Shown: positions 29,206-36,331 of the stretch, in pieces
Layout of the letters: the number at the start of each line of letters is the position of its first letter
Numbering within the stretch: position 1 is the first letter of the stretch
DNA from: Nitrospiraceae bacterium
Lineage (GTDB): Bacteria > Nitrospirota > Thermodesulfovibrionia > UBA6902
DNA length: 64,000 nucleotides
Assembly: GCA_003599275.1 (NCBI GenBank)
Contig: QZJG01000057.1
Location: forward strand, 6,556-70,555
Reading direction: 5' to 3'
Notes under the pieces: model-generated
The model's database searches: none
Told to the model about the DNA's origin: nothing
The model's input: the letters and a program-made list of their open reading frames with translations, nothing else
Translations under genes and position numbers: made by a program

Positions 29206-29565
29206 GTCATTGCGAGGGGACGAAGTCACCGAAGCAATCTCATAAGGTTTCATACAAATCATTCCACTCAGGATTTAATTTATTAATTATTGCAATCTTT
29301 TTAGCCCTTGATCCAGCCTTGATTTGTTTTTCTCTAACAATAGCATTCTCAACATCTCTACAAATTTCATAGAAAACCAATTTATTAATATTGTATCTTT
29401 TGGTAAAGCCTTCAACTATTTTTTCTTTATGCTCACAAGCCCTTCTCTTTAAGTCGTTGGTTATGCCGGTGTATATTACGTTATGATCCTTATTTGTCAT
29501 TAAATAAATATAGTATTGTTTTTCTCTCATTGAGATTGCTTCGTCGCTTCGCTCCTCGCAATGAC
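29206..29565. mobile_element. GTCATTGCGAG-family element (copy 6) with a GIY-YIG nuclease ORF between its arms
   Basis: The left arm is GTCATTGCGAGGGGACGAAGTCACCGAAGCAATCTCA (29206-29242). The right arm is TGAGATTGCTTCGTCGCTTCGCTCCTCGCAATGAC (29531-29565). The outer 12 nt and inner 12 nt are perfectly complementary. The ORF fills the loop. Confidence 0.7.
29240..29530 (-). CDS. Small stand-alone GIY-YIG (URI-domain) nuclease family protein
   Basis: The sequence is KQYYIYLMTNKDHNVIYTGITNDLKRRACEHK...GFTKRYNINKLVFYE...A..REKQIK......K...I...NPEW.DL. This is the GIY...YIG pattern with conserved R and E residues and resembles COG2827/UPF0213. Confidence 0.85.
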   Translation of the reverse strand: MREKQYYIYLMTNKDHNVIYTGITNDLKRRACEHKEKIVEGFTKRYNINKLVFYEICRDVENAIVREKQIKAGSRAKKIAIINKLNPEWNDLYETL

Positions 29566-29571
29566 AGCTAT

Positions 29572-30159
29572 TTACTTATCCGTCAGATATTTTAATGCTT
29601 CCCGAATTATAACTTCAATAGTGGTTACGCCGTTTTTAACGGCTTTCTCGACTGCCTTTTCAGATGGCGGTTTTTTATAACCGAGATTAATAAGGGCTGA
29701 TACAGCGTCTTCGGCAGCGCTTTTCTCTCGTGAAGAAAACGCACCCACGGCATTCAGGGCAGGCAGTTTACCTTTGAGCTCGAGGACGAGCCTTGCCGAG
29801 GTCTTCTGTCCGAGCCCGGGGATGGTAGAGAGAAGTGAAACGTCTCCGCTGTCTATCGCCTCAATAAATCTCTGCACATGCATCCCGGACAGGATAGCGA
29901 GGCCGAGCTTGGGCCCTACGCCGTTGATCCCGAGAAGGACAGTGAATACCTTCCGTTCTTCTTCCGTTAAGAACCCGAAAAGCTGAAGCGCGTCTTCTCT
30001 TACGTGCGTGTAGGTGTGAAGGAATACGGTTTCGCCCTGTTCGGGGATATCACAAAGGCTGCACAGAGGGACGCATACATGATACCCGACACCGTTGACG
30101 TCTACGATTACGCCCTCGGGTTTTTTGCTGAGGATTATGCCTTTAAGAGATGCAATCAT
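29572..30159 (-). CDS. ruvA: Holliday junction DNA-binding protein RuvA
   Basis: The MIASLKG N-terminus is followed by HhH motifs (LLGINGVGPKLGLAILS and IPGLGQKTSARLVLELK) and a C-terminal domain III. Confidence 0.93.
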   Translation of the reverse strand: MIASLKGIILSKKPEGVIVDVNGVGYHVCVPLCSLCDIPEQGETVFLHTYTHVREDALQLFGFLTEEERKVFTVLLGINGVGPKLGLAILSGMHVQRFIEAIDSGDVSLLSTIPGLGQKTSARLVLELKGKLPALNAVGAFSSREKSAAEDAVSALINLGYKKPPSEKAVEKAVKNGVTTIEVIIREALKYLTDK

Positions 30160-30170
30160 ATTTTTTGTTC

Positions 30171-30233
30171 AGGCACAAAGATTCAAAGGCACAGAGGCAC
30201 TAATTCCTTTTTTCACTCTGTGCCTTTGTGCCT
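30171..30233. repeat. Hairpin repeat, CACAGAG family (short form), between ruvC and ruvA
   Basis: The sequence is AGGCACAAAGATTCAAAGGCACAGAGGCAC...CACTCTGTGCCTTTGTGCCT. Confidence 0.8.
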
Positions 30234-30244
30234 CATTTTGCAAT

Positions 30245-30769
30245 CTATTTTACCCTAACTGATGAATTTATGTGGCATATGCACAGCGCCAGCGCATCCG
30301 TGCTGTCTTCGCTGCGGGCCGCAGAACCAAGGTTGAGAATGACCTTCACCATCTGCTGTACCTGGCTTTTTTCGGCCCTTCCGTAGCCTGTGAGCGCCAT
30401 TTTCAACTCGGTCGAATTGTATTCAAAAACGGGAAGATCGTTTTGAGCGGCAAGGAGCAGGACGACTCCGCGAGTGCAACCGAGAACAAGGGCCGAACGG
30501 ATGCTTTTGTGGTAGAAGATCTTCTCAATACAGAGCTGGGACGGCCTGTATTCATTAATGATTGTCTTGAGAGAGTCGTACAAAAGGTTCAGACGTTCAG
30601 GCAGTGGGTCTTTTTGCTTCATCCTGACCTCGCCTGAGGCAACGTGATAGAGTTTTGAATTATGAGTTATGACTTTAGAATTAGCATGTTGCGCTAAACT
30701 CTTAACCCCTGACTCAACAATTCCGTAGCCGCAGCAGATAGTCCCCGGATCAATGCCGATGATGCGCAT
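30245..30769 (-). CDS. ruvC: Crossover junction endodeoxyribonuclease RuvC
   Basis: It starts MRIIGIDPG....GYGI and carries the later catalytic E and D/H motifs (EKIF, SEDSTDALALCICH). The beta-hairpin after GYGIVE is about 10 aa longer than I expect and resembles a repeat fragment. Confidence 0.9.
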   Translation of the reverse strand: MRIIGIDPGTICCGYGIVESGVKSLAQHANSKVITHNSKLYHVASGEVRMKQKDPLPERLNLLYDSLKTIINEYRPSQLCIEKIFYHKSIRSALVLGCTRGVVLLLAAQNDLPVFEYNSTELKMALTGYGRAEKSQVQQMVKVILNLGSAARSEDSTDALALCICHINSSVRVK

Positions 30770-31521
30770 CAGCTTATCTTTGCCATTATCTCATCGGGGA
30801 TATCAAAGTTTGCGTAGACATTCTGTATGTCGTCGTGTTCTTCAAGCGCTTCCATTAATTTAAGCATCTTCTCGGCGTCGCGGGCATCGAGTTTTACATA
30901 ATTTTTGGGAACTAAAGTGACCTCGGACAGGCCGAGCCGGATATTCTTTTTCACAAGGAATTCCTTGACCTTATTTAAATCTTCCGGCGCTGTTATGACT
31001 TCATAATTCTCTTCATCGGGATCGTTCTTGAAGTCCTCCGCGCCTGCATCAAGCGCATTTGACATTATGGTGTCTTCATCAAGGGTCTTCTTGTCCACAA
31101 GGATATAACCCTTCTTGTCGAACACCCATGCAACACTGCCTGTCTCACCCATATTCCCGCCGTGCTTGGAGAGGATGTGCCTGATCTCGGCGACAGTCCT
31201 TGTTCTATTGTCCGTCATGACTTCCATCATTAACGCTACCCCTCCTGGGCCGTAGCCCTCATACAATATCTCTTCGTAATGAACGCCGGGGAGTTCTCCG
31301 GTGCCTTTCTTTACCGCCCTTTTGATATTGTCTGCAGGCATATTTACTTCACGCGCCTTTTCTATTACAAGCCTGAGGCGCGCATTCATGTCCGGGTTCC
31401 CGCCGCCAAGCCTTGCGGCAACGCTTATTTCTTTTGAAAGCTTTGAAAAGGTCTTTCCCTTTCTTGCGTCGACAATTGCTTTTTTATGCTTGATTCCCGC
31501 CCACTTCGAATGTCCTGACAT
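30769..31521 (-). CDS. yebC: YebC/PmpR family DNA-binding regulator
   Basis: It starts [25 protein letters not shown], and the family match runs the full length. Confidence 0.95.
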   Translation of the reverse strand: MSGHSKWAGIKHKKAIVDARKGKTFSKLSKEISVAARLGGGNPDMNARLRLVIEKAREVNMPADNIKRAVKKGTGELPGVHYEEILYEGYGPGGVALMMEVMTDNRTRTVAEIRHILSKHGGNMGETGSVAWVFDKKGYILVDKKTLDEDTIMSNALDAGAEDFKNDPDEENYEVITAPEDLNKVKEFLVKKNIRLGLSEVTLVPKNYVKLDARDAEKMLKLMEALEEHDDIQNVYANFDIPDEIMAKIS

Positions 31522-31554
31522 AGTGTGTGTAAGTCTCCTTGTTTAATTTGTGTT

Positions 31555-31654
31555 GTCATTGCGGAGCCTGTTCCGAGCCTATCCTGAGATTGCTTCGTCC
31601 CGATGTTTCGGGACTCGCAATGACAGGAGAGGAATCTCTGCTCCTTGCAATGAC
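31555..31654. repeat. Palindromic repeat, GTCATTGCGAG family, copy 7 (one left arm, two right arms)
   Basis: The sequence is GTCATTGCGGAG...GAGATTGCTTCGTCCCGATGTTTCGGGACTCGCAATGAC, followed by GAGGAATCTCTGCTCCTTGCAATGAC. The second arm matches copy 8. Confidence 0.85.
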
Positions 31655-31866
31655 ATTTATAGTTCAGCCTAAAAATTATAAGTAATGGATTTACTGAAAG
31701 GCAATAGCGAGAAGAAATTTAGTTGGGATTTGTTCATTTATTTTAATGATGATGCGTATGTTTTTTTTCTGAAAGGTAAAAGTACAAGCCGGCTCCAAGC
31801 CCTATTAAAACTACTGCTATAAAAACAATACGAGGCTCTTGCAAAAGTCCCTGCAAAATGACTTGT

Positions 31867-31950
31867 GTCGTCATACCCGTGAAAACGGGTATCCAGAAGG
31901 CTTTGTTTTTCAACGAAACTGGATTCCCGATTACTACCTCGGGAATGACG
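31867..31950. repeat. Palindromic repeat, GTCGTCATACCCG...GGGAATGACG family, copy 1
   Basis: The sequence is GTCGTCATACCCGTGAAAACGGGTATCCAG...CTGGATTCCCGATTACTACCTCGGGAATGACG. It is near-identical to the copy at 60763-60838. Confidence 0.85.
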
Positions 31951-32010
31951 AATAAATACTTTTGCAAGAGCCTCATATGAAAAGATATTTCTGTTAAAAA
32001 GATATTGCAA

Positions 32011-32050
32011 AACAAAAGAGGCGCTCCGGAAAACCCGGAACGCCTCTTTG
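32011..32050 (-). terminator. Rho-independent terminator of the porin gene
   Basis: The minus-strand sequence is AAAGAGGCGTTCCGG-gtttt-CCGGAGCGCCTCTTT followed by TGTTTT. It begins about 40 nt after the porin stop. Confidence 0.75.
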
Positions 32051-32089
32051 AAGAGCATCAGCTCGCTGTCAAAGTGAGCCAGTCGAACT

Positions 32090-33508
32090 TTAGAACTTTA
32101 AGAGCAGGCCGTGTCTGACGCCATAAGCATTGTCAGGATCTTCGTTGCCTGCAGTTACATTCTTGTAGAAATCGCCGGCGAAGAGATAACCGCCCTCAAC
32201 ATAATAGGCCAGATTGGTGTCGATCTGGTACTCGACTTTTCCGTCAAGCTCGAAACCTATTGCCTTTGAATCCAGGTCATTTGTATCGCTTACTTTCTTG
32301 GAGGCCCTGAGATAGTAGGCATCTGCCGAAACCTTCAGGTCTGTTGCCGGCTTTGCAGTGACTCCGGCATTGATGTACCAGGTGTTGTTAAGACCGGTGC
32401 CTGTTGCTCCCGCATATGCGCCGCCTGTAAGCGATGTCTGGGCTGCTGTAGGCGCCCTGTATTCATAAATATATGTGTAGCGCTGGTCCGCTCCGAGAGA
32501 GGTCACAAAACCTTCGTATTTTTCTCCGGTGTCGGTCTTGTCGCCGCTTCCGTATGCAACGTTGCCTCTTACTGTTACAGGGCCGGCATCAGCTTCTACG
32601 CCTGCCATAACTGCCAGGCCTCTGAATTTCAGGTCGTCTCCATTGCTTGCGCCACTTTTCTGTTTACCTGTCTGAAGCTCTACATCTCCTTTTACCCTTA
32701 CGACCTTCAGGTCTGCATTGGCCCTTAAGCCTAAGTTGTAAAGGTTGAGCTCCTTATGAGCGGTACCATTGTCATCTACCCAAGTCAGGTCGCCGCTTAC
32801 GCTGATGTCGCCAATAGCCGATTCGGCAGCGAGAACAAAGGCATTCTGATCATCGTGTATGACGTTGCTGTTTTCAGTGAGTTTTAAGGCCGAAAGAGAT
32901 ATCTCGGTCTTGTCGGCAGGCGATATCCAGAACACGATCGCATCATCGCCGAATTTGGAATGGTCATAGAACATGTTGTTGCCGAGAGCCATCAGCATAT
33001 GGCCTGCCTTGATCCCGGAAAGTACGCCGAGGCCTTTGCCCTGATGTGCGATGTATAACTGACGAACTCGCAGATCGCCGCGTTTGCTGTTGCTTTCCTG
33101 ATAAATCCCGGTTGCCCCTTCGGTAGTGGATCCCCAAGCTGGTCCGTCAGCAGTGTCCCCAGCAGTAGTGTCAAGATCGTTGCCGTTTTCAAGCTCTACA
33201 AAGCCCATTGTGTTCGGAGACACTGTTGCTTTGAGGTTTAATCTTACCCTCTGGTCATAAAATGCCTGACGGTCCCTTGGATTCGCAGCGCCGTCTGTAC
33301 CATCTTCGTCTGTATTTTCGAAGTCTGTGGTGTTATTTCTGAATTCACCTCTTACTCTCAACTCTCCGCCGAGAGTTATCTGTGCTTTAGCCGCCTTCAC
33401 TACTGAAGGGGTATATTCTGTTGCTGTTACCTGATGAAGTGCGAAGGCTGCGGTTGTAAAAACCATCAGGACAATCACACTCAGTAATGCTATTAACGAC
33501 TTTTTCAT
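32090..33508 (-). CDS. Major outer-membrane beta-barrel porin
   Basis: It has a signal peptide (ALLSVIVLMVFTTAAFA), amphipathic beta-strand periodicity, Asp/Gly/Thr-rich loops, and a terminal ...GLLLKF (aromatic C-terminus). It has a strong Shine-Dalgarno sequence (AAAGGAGGAATTGA), its own promoter and its own terminator. Confidence 0.75.
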   Translation of the reverse strand: MKKSLIALLSVIVLMVFTTAAFALHQVTATEYTPSVVKAAKAQITLGGELRVRGEFRNNTTDFENTDEDGTDGAANPRDRQAFYDQRVRLNLKATVSPNTMGFVELENGNDLDTTAGDTADGPAWGSTTEGATGIYQESNSKRGDLRVRQLYIAHQGKGLGVLSGIKAGHMLMALGNNMFYDHSKFGDDAIVFWISPADKTEISLSALKLTENSNVIHDDQNAFVLAAESAIGDISVSGDLTWVDDNGTAHKELNLYNLGLRANADLKVVRVKGDVELQTGKQKSGASNGDDLKFRGLAVMAGVEADAGPVTVRGNVAYGSGDKTDTGEKYEGFVTSLGADQRYTYIYEYRAPTAAQTSLTGGAYAGATGTGLNNTWYINAGVTAKPATDLKVSADAYYLRASKKVSDTNDLDSKAIGFELDGKVEYQIDTNLAYYVEGGYLFAGDFYKNVTAGNEDPDNAYGVRHGLLLKF

Positions 33509-33711
33509 TCAATTCCTCCTTTTTTGGGTTTGTTCTGCAGGGCTTGCTTATTCAGGCTCCTGCATTTTTAATATTTGTATACAATAAAATCCTTGTCCCG
33601 GTTTTACGGGATAAAGACGCTTGTTTTTCCCCTTCAATCACCCCCTTTAATTTTTATAGTCCAAGCTTGCGCAAGGATGTTAATTATAAGGTCTCCCGTT
33701 TGATGAGAATG

Positions 33712-33741
33712 TTTATATCATTCATACCAAATCTTTGTCAA
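33712..33741 (-). promoter_or_regulatory. Sigma-70-type promoter of the porin gene
   Basis: On the minus strand I read TTGACA (33741-33736), an 18-nt spacer, then TATAAA (33717-33712). This predicts a 5' UTR of about 195 nt containing several hairpins. Confidence 0.55.
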
Positions 33742-33800
33742 GCAAAAAACTCATGAGAAAGAACAATGACTATATTAATAGCAAATCTCATGCTAAAGAA

Positions 33801-33878
33801 GGGAGTAGCGTGTAGCGTGTAGCGTGTAGCGTGTAAAAACAAAGAGTTATGCTATCTTACCCCCTACTCCCTACTCCA
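33801..33878. repeat. Tandem-heptamer hairpin element (GTAGCGT x3 ... CTACTCC x2)
   Basis: The sequence is GGGAGTAGCGTGTAGCGTGTAGCGTGTA-loop-CCCCCTACTCCCTACTCCATACCCC. GGGAGTAG is complementary to CTACTCCC. Confidence 0.8.
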
Positions 33879-34020
33879 TACCCCCTGTCTTTAATTGTGG
33901 TGTTAGTGCAATTGGCATGATGTAAAAAGGACACGGAAAGGCTGGAAAACCACAGTATCCACAGATTTCACAGATGTCACAGATTTTTTTAATTTTATCT
34001 AAATTGAGTGATTTCTGGTT

Positions 34021-34054
34021 GTCATTGCGAGCAGCAGAGATTCCTCGCAATGAC
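34021..34054. repeat. Palindromic repeat, GTCATTGCGAG family, copy 8 (minimal 34-bp form)
   Basis: The sequence is GTCATTGCGAG-cagcagagattc-CTCGCAATGAC, with perfect 11-bp arms. Confidence 0.9.
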
Positions 34055-34177
34055 AGAGAGAATAAGTGGTTATGTGTAACATAGCTCAATTTAACTTTTA
34101 TTTTCTTTAATCTGTGTAATCTGCGGATTAATCATTTTTTCTCCATGCCTCTGTGTCTCTGTGTTTTATTTTCCATT

Positions 34178-34699
34178 TTATATTTTTTCAACGTCTGAAG
34201 CATTGATCGTCAGCGCTACTCCCTGACGCAGGACGTCCACGGAAAGCACGAGGATGTGTTTGTCGAGCTTCTCCACGAGAATTCCCTCTACGCCGCTTAG
34301 AGGACCTTTGACGATTCTCACCCTTTGTCCTTCATTTAAATATGGATAGGGATCGAGAAGCTCTTTGTTTTCCATAAGACGCTGCAAGGACACTATCTGT
34401 TCGTCCGGTATCGGTGTAGGCTCTCCCGGTATTGTGCATAACATCCTGACTACGCCTTTAACTTTCAGGACGCTTAACAGGCTGTTGGAATCTTTTGCGA
34501 TATGCACAAAGATATAACCCGGGAACAGAGGGAAGGCGACCAGTTTTTTCCTGTCCTTCCATTTCCTGAGCCGTTCAACTGCGGGGAGAAAGGCCTCCAC
34601 GCCTTTAAGTTTCAGTCTGTCATGGACCTGAAATTCATGGCGCGAGCGGGTGTTTACGGCGTACCAGTTTGTCTGTAACTTATCGTTTGTCGATTGCAT
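34178..34699 (-). CDS. NusG paralogue (UpxY/LoaP-like specialised antiterminator family)
   Basis: The NGN domain is present (WYAVNTRSRHEFQV...LFPGYIFV), as is the KOW motif (GQRVRIVKGPLSGVEGILVE). The protein is 173 aa and is not next to secE or rplK. Confidence 0.8.
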   Translation of the reverse strand: MQSTNDKLQTNWYAVNTRSRHEFQVHDRLKLKGVEAFLPAVERLRKWKDRKKLVAFPLFPGYIFVHIAKDSNSLLSVLKVKGVVRMLCTIPGEPTPIPDEQIVSLQRLMENKELLDPYPYLNEGQRVRIVKGPLSGVEGILVEKLDKHILVLSVDVLRQGVALTINASDVEKI

Positions 34700-34713
34700 A
34701 TTGAATAAAAATT

Positions 34714-34860
34714 AACCACTGAGGCACAGAGTCACAGAGATTAGGATTAAGAGTCAAGAATATTGGATTTAAATAGTCTGTAAATATCTTTAAACATAAT
34801 TCATGACTCAAAACTCTATACTCTTTATTGTCTTCCTCCGTACCCCTGTGTCTCTGTGTT
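34714..34860. repeat. CACAGAG-family element, long form, copy A (empty site)
   Basis: The sequence is AACCACTGAGGCACAGAGTCACAGAG...TAGTCTGTAAATATCTTTAAAC...CCCCTGTGTCTCTGTGTT. Apart from a 144-bp insertion, it is collinear with copy B. Confidence 0.85.
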
Positions 34861-34873
34861 TTAAAATTTTCTT

Positions 34874-35026
34874 TTACGCATTCGCCTGCGGAGCTTGCGC
34901 GGCCTCTTCGCCTTTGTCTTTGTAAATCTCCGTAATGCTCGTGACTTTTATCCCGGCGGCCTGTAATGCCTTTTGAATGTCTACAGCCTTTGCATCCTGG
35001 ACCTTAAGCATATAATTGATATCCAT
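34874..35026 (-). CDS. 50-aa hypothetical protein (MDINYMLKVQDAKAVDIQKALQAAGIKVTSITEIYKDKGEEAAQAPQANA), not in the ORF track
   Basis: The Shine-Dalgarno sequence is strong (AAAGGGAGGTCAT-ATG). The gene is flanked by repeat copies A and B. I recognise no family. Confidence 0.4.
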   Translation of the reverse strand: MDINYMLKVQDAKAVDIQKALQAAGIKVTSITEIYKDKGEEAAQAPQANA

Positions 35027-35068
35027 ATGACCTCCCTTTTAATAAATTCGAATAATTTTTTTGTGTAT

Positions 35069-35344
35069 TACCACAGAGGCACAGAGATTTAGAATTAAGA
35101 GTCAAGCATATTGGATTTAAATAGTCTGTAATTCCACTTTGCAATCAAGATGACGCCTTTGTTATTCCGGTCAGAGATTCGTACCGAACTTGTCCGGAAT
35201 CTTTCTTTGTTTTCAGAAGGATTCCCGACGCGCTCCGCTTGCGGGAATGACAACTTAAACACTTAATGGAATAAGATCTTTAAACATATCTCATAACTCT
35301 ATACTCTTTATTGTCTTCCTCCGTGCCTCTGTGTCTCAGTGGTT
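35069..35344. repeat. CACAGAG-family element, long form, copy B (carries a nested insertion)
   Basis: The sequence is TACCACAGAGGCACAGAG...TAGTCTGTAA[144 bp]ATCTTTAAAC...CCGTGCCTCTGTGTCTCAGTGGTT. Confidence 0.85.
35132..35275. mobile_element. 144-bp nested insertion in copy B, containing a GTTATTCCGG...GCGGGAATGAC palindromic element (35161-35251)
   Basis: The segment is absent from the otherwise collinear copy A. In copy A, TCTGTAA is followed after 2 nt by ATCTTTAAAC. Confidence 0.7.
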
Positions 35345-35359
35345 TTAATTATAACCCAA

Positions 35360-36178
35360 TCATTTTGATTCGGCAATTAATTCCGAGACCGGCACTACCG
35401 CAACTTCTTTATTGTCTTTCAGCTTCTTCCGTAAGAACTGAAGAGTATTTTTTCTTGGATGGGCCAACAGAATCGCATGACCTTTTTCATTTGCAATTTG
35501 AAGAAGCCTCTTCCACTCCGCCTCTATTGCCACCAAGTCGTCTTTGTCATCAAGAAATACGTCGCGGCTCAACGCCCTTACACCCAGCGTCTTTGCCGAC
35601 TTTTCGCCGACTGATTTTGACGATGTACGGCTGTCGAGAAAGAAAAGTTTCCTTTTTTTCAATTCTGAAATCAGTACGCGCATAGCCCTTTCATCCTGAG
35701 TAAAGGCGGAACCCATATGATTACTGATTCCCTGAGCGTGTGGCACTGTGCGAAGGTCGGCATCAAGCGTATCGAGAATTTCCTCATCGGTCATCCACGT
35801 ATATAATCCGCCCTTTCCCGGCCCATGGGCCTTTTCAGCCTCCATCGGGATATGGGCCATAATGTCATGCCCAAGCCTGTGACCTTCTCCCGCTATCCAT
35901 GAACTGTAAGGCTGTTGGGGAAGGATGGAGAGGACCAGTGGCGCTTTTATGTCAAGGACCGCAGTTGCGGTTGTTTTGTTTGGTCCCAGGTCGTCTATTA
36001 TAATTGCCACTGTCGGTTTTGAAGGAGAAGCTTTGGGTTTTTCTACGGGTGTCGTTGTCCGTGAGGGCGCCTTCGGCTTTTTTTCTTTCCCGAATTCTTC
36101 GTACAGGGAAAAGAGCGCGATGATGATAAAAAAAAGGATGAGAATGTAGTGGTGCTTTTTGTTTTTTGACTTTGCCAA
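35360..36178 (-). CDS. Divergent polysaccharide deacetylase family protein (YibQ-like)
   Basis: An N-terminal TM anchor is followed by VAIIIDDLG and HMP.E... and GISNHMGS motifs. Confidence 0.8.
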   Translation of the reverse strand: MAKSKNKKHHYILILFFIIIALFSLYEEFGKEKKPKAPSRTTTPVEKPKASPSKPTVAIIIDDLGPNKTTATAVLDIKAPLVLSILPQQPYSSWIAGEGHRLGHDIMAHIPMEAEKAHGPGKGGLYTWMTDEEILDTLDADLRTVPHAQGISNHMGSAFTQDERAMRVLISELKKRKLFFLDSRTSSKSVGEKSAKTLGVRALSRDVFLDDKDDLVAIEAEWKRLLQIANEKGHAILLAHPRKNTLQFLRKKLKDNKEVAVVPVSELIAESK

Positions 36179-36214
36179 GTTGTTTAACGTGTATAATTAA
36201 AACTTTGTTTTGAT

Positions 36215-36272
36215 GTCATTCCGGCTTGTCCGGAATCCTTATAAAAGAAGATTCCGGACAAGCCGGAATGAC
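36215..36272. repeat. Palindromic repeat, GTCATTCCGGC family (perfect 23-nt arms)
   Basis: The sequence is GTCATTCCGGCTTGTCCGGAATC-cttataaaagaa-GATTCCGGACAAGCCGGAATGAC. Confidence 0.9.
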
Positions 36273-36331
36273 GTAACCAGCGTTCCTTATTAATCCTGTC
36301 TTTTCTGCGTTCATCCGCATCCAATTCATTT

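Noticed and set aside
31743-32015. A 90-aa ORF and the overlapping 106-aa ORF between yebC and the porin gene. This includes a possible 43-aa membrane peptide (MTTQVILQGLL...HTHHH) whose ATG comes from a repeat terminus.
   Set aside because: Most of the ORF is a translated palindromic repeat (VIPEVVIGNPVSLKNKAFWIPVFTGMTT). It has no Shine-Dalgarno sequence, and the porin terminator lies inside it.
35311-35685. A 124-aa plus-strand ORF overlapping the YibQ-like gene and repeat copy B.
   Set aside because: It starts inside a repeat, runs antisense to a gene with clear family motifs, and has a low-complexity composition.
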